Under the pieces are notes generated by a model. It ran no database searches. It had not been told where the DNA came from and worked only from the letters and a program-made list of their open reading frames with translations. Below, in pieces: positions 9,187 through 20,252 of a stretch of 64,000 nt of DNA. Each line of letters begins with the position of its first letter. Within the stretch, counting starts at the first letter, position 1. The stretch is from Chloroflexota bacterium (GTDB taxonomy: Bacteria; Chloroflexota; UBA11872): NCBI GenBank assembly GCA_965207185.1, contig OZ242271.1, positions 1,102,904 to 1,166,903 on the forward strand. The letters run 5' to 3'. Made by a program: the position numbers and the translations under genes.

Positions 9187-10688
9187 GTGCGAGCGCCACC
9201 CAGGAACTGCGTCGCGTAGGTGACCAGCATCAGCAATCCAAGGCCGACGACCAGCGACCGGATGGCCTGCACGTACACCGGGACGATCTCGGCGTTCACA
9301 AAGATGATTCGCCAGAACAGCGCCAGGTAAAGCACCGCGCCCACCACGGTTGCGTCCCGGCGGTCGACTAGCCAGCCGTACAGCAGGCGGTAGAGCAATC
9401 CGAGCGCCAGGCTTCCCATCACCACGCCCGCCAGACCGTGGCGAAGGAACAGATCGCCCGTATGTGTGATGCCGAACGACGTCCGATTGCCCTCCACGCC
9501 TCGAAACGCGCTGCTGACCTGCGGCGAAAACGGCGCCGGCTTGTCCGGCCAGACCGCGCGCGGGATGAACGCAAAGGCGGGAATCAGCGCCAGGTCGACG
9601 CCCGTGACCTCCAGTTCCACCGCGTCGCCGTACGCCAGGATCGACGCGACGGTTTCGCCCGACGTGTGCCGGTTTACCAGCGTCCGTAGCGAGGCATGGA
9701 GGAACTCGCCCGGGCCCGCCGCGACCAGTTCGCCGGCCAGCGCCGCCGGGGCCGTCGTCATGCTTGTGAGATCGGTCGGCCGCTCCAGAACTCCCTGGTG
9801 GATCCGGTCTCGATAAAGCGTCACGGTGCCGAACATCACGATTACCACCACCGCCGCCGCGAGCACGAACCGCAAGCCGCCAAGTCGTCCAACCCGGTAG
9901 TTGCAAATGCCCGCCAGCCCCACCAGCAGAAACGCGAAGACGTGCTTGGCTCCAAAGGCAACCGTGAAGACCGCCTCGATCGGCGCGATCACCGCAACCA
10001 CTGCCGCGACAACGCCGAGCCGCAGCCGATCACGGCGCAGCGCATACGCGCCGGCCAGCAGCACCGCGAACTGGCTGAAGCCGCCGAGCTGGAGCAGGAC
10101 GTTGAAGTCGTCGGTCAGGCGTTCCTGTAAATCGAGGCTGGCAAACGTGGCCCCGCGGTCGAGCAACAGGACGCTGCGGGCAATAACGCCCACCACATAG
10201 ATGAGGCCCAGGACCACCCACGGCGCGCGCTCCGGCAAGACCAGGGGAATCACCGGCACCCGCCGAACGGCTCGCCGCCACCACGGCGCGTAGTAGCCCA
10301 CGTAGATCAGCCCCAGCGCCAACGTGGCCAGCGCCACCGCCGACCCCCGCGTGTCGTCGATGTTCACGAAGACGAACGGTTCCGCCAGTTCGCTGCCGGC
10401 TTCGACCAACAGCGTCCGCATGCCAAAGTCGAGAAAGAAAAACAGCCCGATCGGCACGATCGGCTGGAACAGATCGCCGCGCCTGATCAACGCATGCACG
10501 GCGGGCGCCAGGGCCATCGCCGACAGCCCCAGCGCCAGAACCGGAACCGCAACTTCGTCGGGAACCAGGCGAACGGTAAGCGCGACGGCCGCCCCCGCCG
10601 CAGCTGCGCTCAGCGTGCCCAGAAGGGCGACGACCAGCCGACCTGAGTCGCTCCGGTTTCGAATCAGCGCGCGGCGCGACTCAACCAC
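9171..10688 (-). CDS. Wzy-like polysaccharide polymerase / O-antigen ligase-type membrane protein
   Basis: About 11-12 hydrophobic segments with an external loop. 'FIPRAVWPDKP' and 'GDLFLRHG' are typical of Wzy-like proteins, and it sits in a glycan gene context. Confidence 0.7.
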   Translation of the reverse strand: MVESRRALIRNRSDSGRLVVALLGTLSAAAAGAAVALTVRLVPDEVAVPVLALGLSAMALAPAVHALIRRGDLFQPIVPIGLFFFLDFGMRTLLVEAGSELAEPFVFVNIDDTRGSAVALATLALGLIYVGYYAPWWRRAVRRVPVIPLVLPERAPWVVLGLIYVVGVIARSVLLLDRGATFASLDLQERLTDDFNVLLQLGGFSQFAVLLAGAYALRRDRLRLGVVAAVVAVIAPIEAVFTVAFGAKHVFAFLLVGLAGICNYRVGRLGGLRFVLAAAVVVIVMFGTVTLYRDRIHQGVLERPTDLTSMTTAPAALAGELVAAGPGEFLHASLRTLVNRHTSGETVASILAYGDAVELEVTGVDLALIPAFAFIPRAVWPDKPAPFSPQVSSAFRGVEGNRTSFGITHTGDLFLRHGLAGVVMGSLALGLLYRLLYGWLVDRRDATVVGAVLYLALFWRIIFVNAEIVPVYVQAIRSLVVGLGLLMLVTYATQFLGGARTQRGL

Positions 10689-10729
10689 ATCCGCCCGGCT
10701 CGGAACCTGCAGGGCGTCCTCCTGCCGCG

Positions 10730-11743
10730 CTAGGCCATTCGCTCCACTTGCGCGCGCGTGATCTCGTGCCGCAGCGGTTCACCCGCGAAGTGGCGGGCGA
10801 TTTCGTCCACCATCCGGCCCATCTGCCGCGCCCGCGTTTCCAGCGTGAAGCCCGCAATATGCGGTGTAAGCACCGCGTTGGGCAGGTCCCGGAACGGTGA
10901 ATCGGCCGGCAACGGCTCCTCGTCGAAGACGTCCAGCACCGCGTCAATCCGTCCGGCGGCCAGGGCATTGAGCAAGGCGTCCTGGTCCACCAGCCAGGCG
11001 CGTGCGCAGTTGACGAACAGCGCGCCCGGCTTCATCAGGTCCAGTTCCCGCCGTCCGATCATGTGGTGAGTTTCGGGAAGAATCGGCGCGTGCAGGGTCA
11101 CCACGTCGCTGCTGCGCATCAGGGTGTCCAGGTCCGCCGGTTGCACGCCCATTTCGGCGGCTTCCTGCTCGTCCACAAACGGGTCGTACAGCACGACATC
11201 GGGTGTAAAAGCCCGTACCAGCGGGATCACGCGCCGCCCCACCATGCTGGCGGCCACCACGCCGACTCGCCGCTCGGCCAGCAGCCCGCCGATGTTGGAG
11301 CCGCCGCTGCTTTGTTTCCAGCCACCGGCTCTGACTGTTTCCTGGTGGCCGATAAAGCCGCGCAGGCCCAGCAGGATGGTGCCGATGGTGTACTCCGCCA
11401 CGGCCTCGGCGATCACGTCGGCCGCGTGGGTCACGCGAATACCGCCGTCCCAGGCCGCCTCGTCCACGTAGGGCCGGACAGAACCGGCGGCGTGCGCCAC
11501 GATTTCCAGGTTGGGAGCGGCGGCCAGTGCCTCCAGGTCCAGCGTGGGGCTGCCCCAGCTGGTGATGACGGCTCGCACGTCCGGGTCCAGGTGCTCCATC
11601 AGGTCATCCTGGGTCCAGGGTTCGTCACCGTCGTTGCTGACCACGTGCGCGGCCAGCGATTTGAGCCGGGCTTCGTCTTCAGGCTTCAACGTCACTTCGC
11701 GTAGCGGCCGATGCACGGTCACCACGATCGTTCCAGTAGCCAT
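10730..11743 (-). CDS. D-isomer-specific 2-hydroxyacid dehydrogenase
   Basis: 'AVAEY', 'DVVTLHAP', 'FVNCAR', 'LDVFDEEP', 'LTPHIAG'. ATG at 11743 follows GGAGGAGG. Confidence 0.9.
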   Translation of the reverse strand: MATGTIVVTVHRPLREVTLKPEDEARLKSLAAHVVSNDGDEPWTQDDLMEHLDPDVRAVITSWGSPTLDLEALAAAPNLEIVAHAAGSVRPYVDEAAWDGGIRVTHAADVIAEAVAEYTIGTILLGLRGFIGHQETVRAGGWKQSSGGSNIGGLLAERRVGVVAASMVGRRVIPLVRAFTPDVVLYDPFVDEQEAAEMGVQPADLDTLMRSSDVVTLHAPILPETHHMIGRRELDLMKPGALFVNCARAWLVDQDALLNALAAGRIDAVLDVFDEEPLPADSPFRDLPNAVLTPHIAGFTLETRARQMGRMVDEIARHFAGEPLRHEITRAQVERMA

Positions 11744-11805
11744 GGGGCGGTGTTCACCTCCTCCGCATGGAGTCGCGAAACATACCGCGCGGGCCCCGGT
11801 GGCGC

Positions 11806-12975
11806 TCATGCGGTTGCCGCGACCGTGGCATAGATGTCCGCCAACTCGCGCGCGGTTCGGTCCCAGCGAAAGCGTTGAACCAGCGCCAGCCCGCGAGCCT
11901 GGGCCGTCTGTCGGGCCGCCTCGTCTTGCAGGAGCCGCGCCGTCGCGGCCGCGAGACCGCGCGTATCCGTGGCGGGCGCTTGCAGGGCGGCCGGACCGGC
12001 GGTTTCGCGGAACGCCGGGCAATCCGAGGTGACAGCGGGTGTTCCACAGGCCATGGCCTCCAGGGCCGGCCAGCCAAAGCCTTCCCAGTGCGACGGCGCC
12101 AGCAGGACCTGGCAGTTCGCGTAGAGCGCGGGCAGGTCGGGCTCGGGGACGTAGCCGGTCTCGAAGATCCAGGGTTCCAGTCCCAGGCTGCGCGCCAACT
12201 GTTGCTGGTCCGTGGTCAGGCGATGGCCCGCCTTGACGAAGCCACAGTCGATCCCGTGCGTTTGGCGTAGGGCATGGACGACTCGCAGTGCCCCCTCAAT
12301 GTTCTTATAGGCATCGGCGCCCCCGACGTGCAGCACCAACGGGATGTGCGGCAGCCGAAGGCGTTCGCGCAGTCCGGCCGTCCGTTCGGCCGTCGGCGCC
12401 CGAAAGTGGTCCGCGACACCGCTATGCACCACCTGCAGCCGCGCCGGATCGCAGTCCAGGTAGCGCCGTACATCGCTGGCCGTGGCCTCGCTGACACAGA
12501 TGACGCGGGCGGCGCGCGAAAGATGACCAACCGCGTAGCGGAAGGCCGTCAAGGCTATGCGGGACGTCCGCGCGCCCGGAATCCGGCCGTCGGCCATGCG
12601 CAGCAGCATCAGGTCGTGGCAGGTCACTACCGCGCGCCGCGCATCCAGCGACCGCAGTAGGTGGGCGTAGGAGTGGTCGATCACGTGATGCACGGTCGCC
12701 GATTCGCCGGACACGCGGCGCGGGTAGTCCGCGTAGCGCACCCGGTACTTGCCCACGCCCTCGGCCAGGCGGCCGAACGGGCTGTCGTCGTGCTCCGGCC
12801 ACGGGGGCGGGGTAACGGTGCGGACGTCCAGCGGCGGATCCAGGTACCGCAGCGCCCGCTCCAGCGTCCGGCCATAGCGGTCCATGGAGGGCCGGCAGTC
12901 GCTGGGATTGACGAGATAGAGGTTGACGCGCGGCCGCGCGCTCGCAGCGTCATCCGGCGGGCGCCGAGCGCTCAT
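11806..12975 (-). CDS. Glycosyltransferase family 4
   Basis: 'VTCHDL', 'VSEAT', 'YKNIE', 'PSHWEGFGWPALEAMACG' (E-x7-E). Confidence 0.92.
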   Translation of the reverse strand: MSARRPPDDAASARPRVNLYLVNPSDCRPSMDRYGRTLERALRYLDPPLDVRTVTPPPWPEHDDSPFGRLAEGVGKYRVRYADYPRRVSGESATVHHVIDHSYAHLLRSLDARRAVVTCHDLMLLRMADGRIPGARTSRIALTAFRYAVGHLSRAARVICVSEATASDVRRYLDCDPARLQVVHSGVADHFRAPTAERTAGLRERLRLPHIPLVLHVGGADAYKNIEGALRVVHALRQTHGIDCGFVKAGHRLTTDQQQLARSLGLEPWIFETGYVPEPDLPALYANCQVLLAPSHWEGFGWPALEAMACGTPAVTSDCPAFRETAGPAALQAPATDTRGLAAATARLLQDEAARQTAQARGLALVQRFRWDRTARELADIYATVAATA

Positions 12976-13604
12976 GGCTTGCGAACCAGGACTTCCCAGC
13001 TGGTCGCCCAGAGCTGATCCAGCACCGGGAGCCGCAGCAACCAGGACGCAGTCCGGATCAGCCCGAGCCGAGCTACCAGCGGCAGCGGACCCATGCGATC
13101 CACACGCAAGACTTCAAACCCGGCGTCCAGGAACAGCAGCCGAATCGCGGCGCGGGTGAAGCCGCGCCGGTGCGTGTAGTCGTTCCAGACCACCCGCGGG
13201 CGCGCCATTGGTACCGACGCCAGCGCCAGCCCGCCCGGCCGCAGCACCGCGTGCATCTCGCGCACGGTGTCCCAGGGATGGTCCAGGTGTTCCAGCACGT
13301 CCCTGGCGACCACGGCATCGAACCGGTCGCGCGGGAAGGGCATTCGACGTCCCGTCCCGGCGTCCCAGGCCAGGACATCGCCATATCGGCCGGCGAGTTT
13401 GAGCGCGCCGTGATCGTGGTCCACCCCAATCACACGCACGCCGCTCGGTGCGACGTGCGCGAGGCCACCCGCTCCGCAGCCGAGGTCCAATACCAGCGAG
13501 ACGGATCCGAGGCGGCGAAAGTAGCCGCGCGCAAGGGCGGGTGGGAGTTGGACGCCCCTGTAGTACGCGCGCTTGTGAATGGGATGCACTCGGCGGCCGG
13601 TCAT
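12972..13604 (-). CDS. Class I SAM-dependent methyltransferase
   Basis: 'VLDLGCGAG', 'FDAVVARDVLEHL', 'LRPGG'. 4-nt overlaps with both GT4 genes. Confidence 0.9.
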   Translation of the reverse strand: MTGRRVHPIHKRAYYRGVQLPPALARGYFRRLGSVSLVLDLGCGAGGLAHVAPSGVRVIGVDHDHGALKLAGRYGDVLAWDAGTGRRMPFPRDRFDAVVARDVLEHLDHPWDTVREMHAVLRPGGLALASVPMARPRVVWNDYTHRRGFTRAAIRLLFLDAGFEVLRVDRMGPLPLVARLGLIRTASWLLRLPVLDQLWATSWEVLVRKP

Positions 13605-14758
13605 GGATCCAAAAACCGTTCGGTCGGGGCGCGGCTGTGCTCAAGGCACGACGCCAGCCGCCGAGCCACGCGGGCATGCGTGTAGTGGCGCTGGACCCGG
13701 ACACGACCCCGCCGGGCCAGCCGGGCGCGTAGAGCGGGGTTCTCGATCAGGCGTCGCAGGGCCGCTCGCAGCTGCGCAATATCGCGCTCGGGCACCACGA
13801 TGCCGGCGTTTCCAATCACCTGAGGAATCTCGCCCGAATCCGTCCCTACCACCGGGCAGCCCGCCGCCATGGCTTCGATCAGAACGTGTCCGAACTGCTC
13901 GGCCCAGTCCGCGGTGGCATAGGACGGCAGAACCAGGACATCCAGGGCCGTCAGGAGCGCGCCCACCCGTTGATGATCCGCGTCGCCCACGAGCCGCAGG
14001 CGGTCGGACAGGCCTGCTTTTCCAAGGCGCAATTCAAGCGCATCGGCCAGCGGTCCCCGGCCGATCACCAGCAAGGTCCACTTCAGATGCCCCAGTCCGG
14101 TCAGCGCTTCCGCCAGGTCCAGCACCCCCTTTTCGGGGATCAGCCGCCCGGCAAAGCCGACGACAACGCCGGATAGCCCCAGTTCGCGTCGCACCCGCGC
14201 TCGCGTCTGGTCCGGCCGATCCGGCAGATCGACGCCAACCTGTGGAATGCGATGGATCGGGTGGCTGAAGCCTGATGCGCTCAGTTGGTCGCCGGCCGCT
14301 CGATTCCCGGCGAATGCCACTCGCGCCGCGCGCAGTGCACCACGCTCCAGAGTGCGCAGCGGCAGCGCCCGTCGGCGGTTCGTGCCCCAGGTGAAGAACG
14401 TGAATGGCGGCCGTCCGGGTAGCAGCCGGGCCAGCCAGCGGCCCTGCAGGGCCAGCAGCGTGTGCGGCTCCTGTTCCACCAGCACCACGTCCGGCCGGAA
14501 GCGCCGCGCCGCTGGGACGAGCCGTGGATCGATGTGAAAGGACAGCGTCCCTCGGCCGCGGAACACGGCCCGCGCCACCTGCAAATCGACGCGTCGATGC
14601 CCCGGCGGCTCGGGCTTCACGAAGCCGAAATGTGGATCCCGCCAACCGTTCGGGACCACCAGGAGCACCGCGTGCCGCGGCGACAGGTCGGCGAAGGCTT
14701 CCCATTTCCGCTGGTTGTAGCGGCGCAGGTAGGTATGACTGACCACCAACACGCGCAC
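13601..14758 (-). CDS. Glycosyltransferase family 4
   Basis: 'GFAGRLIPEKG', 'LPS...WAEQFGHVLIEAMAAG'. Confidence 0.92.
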   Translation of the reverse strand: MRVLVVSHTYLRRYNQRKWEAFADLSPRHAVLLVVPNGWRDPHFGFVKPEPPGHRRVDLQVARAVFRGRGTLSFHIDPRLVPAARRFRPDVVLVEQEPHTLLALQGRWLARLLPGRPPFTFFTWGTNRRRALPLRTLERGALRAARVAFAGNRAAGDQLSASGFSHPIHRIPQVGVDLPDRPDQTRARVRRELGLSGVVVGFAGRLIPEKGVLDLAEALTGLGHLKWTLLVIGRGPLADALELRLGKAGLSDRLRLVGDADHQRVGALLTALDVLVLPSYATADWAEQFGHVLIEAMAAGCPVVGTDSGEIPQVIGNAGIVVPERDIAQLRAALRRLIENPALRARLARRGRVRVQRHYTHARVARRLASCLEHSRAPTERFLDP

Positions 14759-15023
14759 CCGTCGTCACCCTTCCCTACGCCGGGTGGCAGTGCGTGAACC
14801 TGGCCGGGACCGGCGCGCTCGAGACACTTTGACTGCTGCGTCTCGACCCGCCGTGGGAAAATACGCGCGCGTAGCGCGCCCCGCCGCGCAGCGCCCATAC
14901 GGTAGCGGTCTTGTGCCCGTCCTGTCTCCGATCGATCGTCGGAGACTCTGGGCCGGCAGGGCTGGCAGAGCGCGCCCGGGCCGGAATCATCGCGGGAGAC
15001 CCTGAACGACCGGCTGGCCAGCC

Positions 15024-17237
<2,214 letters not shown>

Positions 17238-17302
17238 CGCACGGCATCCGTCATTCGTGCGAAGCTCAGGACGGACATCCCGCCGCCCCGGTTGACGACC
17301 TA

Positions 17303-18157
17303 ATGACCGACCTGCTGGAAGACGAATTCGGCGACATCATCGGCAAGGCCCGGTTTGGACTTGGCCTCTCGGCGGACGAAGTCGCCGGGCAGGTCGGGAT
17401 CTCGACCGACGACCTCAAGGTGCTGGAAGACTGCGTGCGCAGCCCGACCAAAACCGAGAGCGACGCCCTGGCGGCGGTGCTGAACCTGCACCCGGAACGC
17501 CTGCTGGCCGTTGCCCAGGACGCCTACGTGCCGGAGCCGGTGCCGCTGGACCATGGCGGCGTGCGCATCCGCGTCATCCCCTTTCCGCCCATGCGCGTCT
17601 ATCAGTACGTCGTTGGCGATGTTGAATCCGGGCAGGCCGTGGTCGTCGATCCCGGCGCGGTACCGGACCAGATTCTGGGCACGCTGGCCGACGAGCAGTG
17701 GACGGCGGCGGCGATTCTCGTCACGCATGCCGACGCCGACCACATCGACGCGCTACCGGCGATTCACGAGGCGCTGAACGTCCCCATCTGGGTCCATCCG
17801 AACGAACAACCCCGGATGCCCGCGCTCAACGGGGCGGACATTCGCAATTACGACCACGGCCAGCGATTTCAGGCCGGCCCCTTCGCCGTCGAGGCCCGCC
17901 GGACGCCGGGCCATGCGCCTGGACACTCCTCGCTCGTTTTGCGCGATCTGGTCCTGGTGGGCGACGCCATGTTCGCCGGCTCCCTGGGGCGCACTTCGCT
18001 CGGGCCGGCGTACTACGCCGAGCACTTGGCGGCCGTGCGCTCGCAGATTCTTTCGCTGCCCCCGGTCACGCGGTTGTTTGCCGGACATGGACCTCCAACC
18101 ACGGTCGGCCAGGAGTTGCGGCACAACCCATTTTTTGGGGCCGTGAGCAGCGAATAG
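17303..18157 (+). CDS. XRE-type HTH fused to MBL-fold metallo-hydrolase (glyoxalase II-like)
   Basis: N-terminal HTH (ARFGLGLSADEVAGQVGIS), then 'VVDPG', 'THADADH', 'TPGHAPG', 'GDAMF', 'GHGP...NPF'. Confidence 0.82.
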   Translation: MTDLLEDEFGDIIGKARFGLGLSADEVAGQVGISTDDLKVLEDCVRSPTKTESDALAAVLNLHPERLLAVAQDAYVPEPVPLDHGGVRIRVIPFPPMRVYQYVVGDVESGQAVVVDPGAVPDQILGTLADEQWTAAAILVTHADADHIDALPAIHEALNVPIWVHPNEQPRMPALNGADIRNYDHGQRFQAGPFAVEARRTPGHAPGHSSLVLRDLVLVGDAMFAGSLGRTSLGPAYYAEHLAAVRSQILSLPPVTRLFAGHGPPTTVGQELRHNPFFGAVSSE

Positions 18158-18230
18158 CCGAACCTCCCCTAAATAGGCGAGAATAGGGGGAGAGCTTCAG
18201 CGACGGAATGCCTGCGACTACGAGCCGCTC

Positions 18231-19034
18231 ATGTTTGCATTCGACATCTCAACTCGCTTCGCAGGCTCCAGCCTGCTGTTCAGGTCGATGTCCCTTGGCG
18301 ACGCCCTGAAGGCGCTGGCGCAAACCGAACTCGCGTACGTGGACCTCTGGGCCACGCCGGGTGTGCTGGAGCACGTGGATCCCCTGAGTGATTCCCCGGC
18401 CGAGGTGCAGGCGCGAGTCGAGGACAACAATCTTCGACCCTCGTCAATCTCGGCCTACGCCACCTTCGGTAACGACCTGGTCGCGCGGCTGGAGTTCGCC
18501 GCCGCCATTGGCGCCCCACTGGTGATCGGGACCGCGCCGGTGCGTGAGTACGAACGCCGCGAGGCTGCCGACGACGTGCGCGCGCTCGGTCGCGCCGCGC
18601 AGGATCTGGGCGTCACCCTGGCCCTGGCCAACCAGGTCGGAACCTGGCTGGACGAACCCTCCGAAATCGCCAGCTTCCTCGACGATGTCGGGCACCCGCG
18701 CGTGCAATTGAGCCTCACGCCGCCGCACGTGCGCTTGGCCGGTACCACCCTGCGGGCCGTGGCCGACGCCGCCGACGGCCGCGTGGGACATACCTGCCTC
18801 TGGAGCGTCAGCCCGGCCATGCGCGACGCGGACAACCTGGGCCCGGCCGAAGACCAGGCGCCGGGTCACGGTACGGTCGATTTCCGCGCGCTCACGTCCA
18901 TGCTGGACGAGCGCAACTACTTCGGCATGTTCACGTTCGTTTGGGGCAGCACCGAGGATGTGCCTGCCCACGAAACCGTCGCAGCAATCGGCGCCGCCCG
19001 CGCGCATGTGCTGGACGTTTCCACCCCATCCTGA
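18231..19034 (+). CDS. Xylose-isomerase-like TIM barrel protein (metal ligands appear degenerate)
   Basis: Sugar-phosphate isomerase/epimerase layout ('AQDLGVTLAL', 'PGHGTVDF', 'YFGMFT'). Confidence 0.7.
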   Translation: MFAFDISTRFAGSSLLFRSMSLGDALKALAQTELAYVDLWATPGVLEHVDPLSDSPAEVQARVEDNNLRPSSISAYATFGNDLVARLEFAAAIGAPLVIGTAPVREYERREAADDVRALGRAAQDLGVTLALANQVGTWLDEPSEIASFLDDVGHPRVQLSLTPPHVRLAGTTLRAVADAADGRVGHTCLWSVSPAMRDADNLGPAEDQAPGHGTVDFRALTSMLDERNYFGMFTFVWGSTEDVPAHETVAAIGAARAHVLDVSTPS

Positions 19035-19079
19035 GTGCGCCACAACGTGCCGCAGGACACAAGGGCGAGTTGACCCTCG

Positions 19080-19088
19080 TGCTACGCT
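19080..19088 (+). promoter_or_regulatory. Extended -10 promoter (TGcTACGCT) of cox operon
   Basis: Matches TGnTAnnnT. Similar TGCTA-nnnT elements occur at 36905-36913 (before RraA) and 41390-41398 (before the epimerase). Confidence 0.5.
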
Positions 19089-19105
19089 TACCGCCGCTCA
19101 CGAGA

Positions 19106-19123
19106 TTGTGAAATGGTGCACAA
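19106..19123. promoter_or_regulatory. Rex operator
   Basis: TTGTGAA-ATGG-TGCACAA against consensus TTGTGAA-N4-TTCACAA (1 mismatch). It lies just downstream of the putative -10 of a respiratory oxidase operon. Confidence 0.8.
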
Positions 19124-19192
19124 AGCCCGCCGAATCGTGACTCTCGCTAACGCGGACGAGAGCCGTCCCGCGCAAGGGCAGCGCATCTACCT

Positions 19193-20206
19193 TTGACCCA
19201 CCGCCGTCGCCTCTACACCGCGCTCGTGGCCATGGCGCTTGCCGTGGCCGCGCTGGGCATGGCCGCGTGCGGCGCCACGCCGCAGACCACCCTCGAACCG
19301 ACCACCGAAGCGGCCCGAACCGCGCGCGATCTATTGATGTTCGTCTTCTGGGCCATGGTGGTCACCTTCGTGCTCGTGGAAGGCGCGCTGCTGTACGTCC
19401 TCATCCGTTTTCGACGGCGCAGCGGTGACGGGATTCCGCCCCAGACTCACGGCAACACCCCCCTCGAAATCGGCTGGACCATCGCGCCGGCCATCCTCGT
19501 CGTGATCATCGTGGTCCTCACCGTTCCCGCCATCTTCTCCAACGCCCGCGCCGCCAGCCCCGACGCCCTCCAGGTTCGGGCCATCGGCCACCAGTGGTGG
19601 TTCGAATTCCAATACCCCGACCTCGGGGTTGTGACTGCCAACGAGTTGCACCTGCCCGTGGACCGTGACGTCGAGATCCAACTCGAGAGCAACGACGTGC
19701 TGCACAGCTTCTGGGTCCCCAGCCTGCGCGGAAAGCTGGACATGGTGCCGGGCCGGGCGAACCGCTTCACGATCAGGCCTGAGGTCACCGGCACCTTCCC
19801 CGGTCAGTGCGCCGAGTTCTGCGGAACCGCCCACGCGCTCATGAAGTTCCACGTGGTTGTGGAAACGCAGGCTGACTTCGACGCCTGGGTCCAGAACGAA
19901 CTGTCGGACAGCCTGACGCCGGCCAGCGATCTGGCCAGGAGTGGCCAGGAAGCGCTCACCCTTGGCGGCTGCGTAGCCTGCCACACCATTCGCGGCACGG
20001 ACTCGGCGGGCGTCCTGGGGCCGGATCTGACCCACATGGGCAGCCGCCAGCACATCGCCGCCGGAATCCTGGAAAACACGCCGGAGAACATGCGCCTCTG
20101 GCTCAGCGATCCGCAGGGCGTCAAGCCGGGCAATACGATGGTGATTCCCGAATTGACCACCGACCAGCTTGACGCCTTGGTGGCCTACCTCGAGGGCCTA
20201 AAATAG
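19193..20206 (+). CDS. ctaC: Cytochrome c oxidase subunit II with fused cytochrome c (caa3 type)
   Basis: Lipobox 'MAAC', CuA 'HSFW...CAEFCGTAHALM', heme c 'CVACH'. Confidence 0.95.
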   Translation: MTHRRRLYTALVAMALAVAALGMAACGATPQTTLEPTTEAARTARDLLMFVFWAMVVTFVLVEGALLYVLIRFRRRSGDGIPPQTHGNTPLEIGWTIAPAILVVIIVVLTVPAIFSNARAASPDALQVRAIGHQWWFEFQYPDLGVVTANELHLPVDRDVEIQLESNDVLHSFWVPSLRGKLDMVPGRANRFTIRPEVTGTFPGQCAEFCGTAHALMKFHVVVETQADFDAWVQNELSDSLTPASDLARSGQEALTLGGCVACHTIRGTDSAGVLGPDLTHMGSRQHIAAGILENTPENMRLWLSDPQGVKPGNTMVIPELTTDQLDALVAYLEGLK

Positions 20207-20252
20207 GCATGCGCGCGACGATGCGCCCAGGCGCCAACCGGAGGGTGATCCC

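Noticed and set aside
17248-17280. REP-like fragment after recQ (CCGTCATTCGTGCGAAGCTCAGGACGG)
   Set aside because: Too degenerate and single-copy to call without a genome-wide search.
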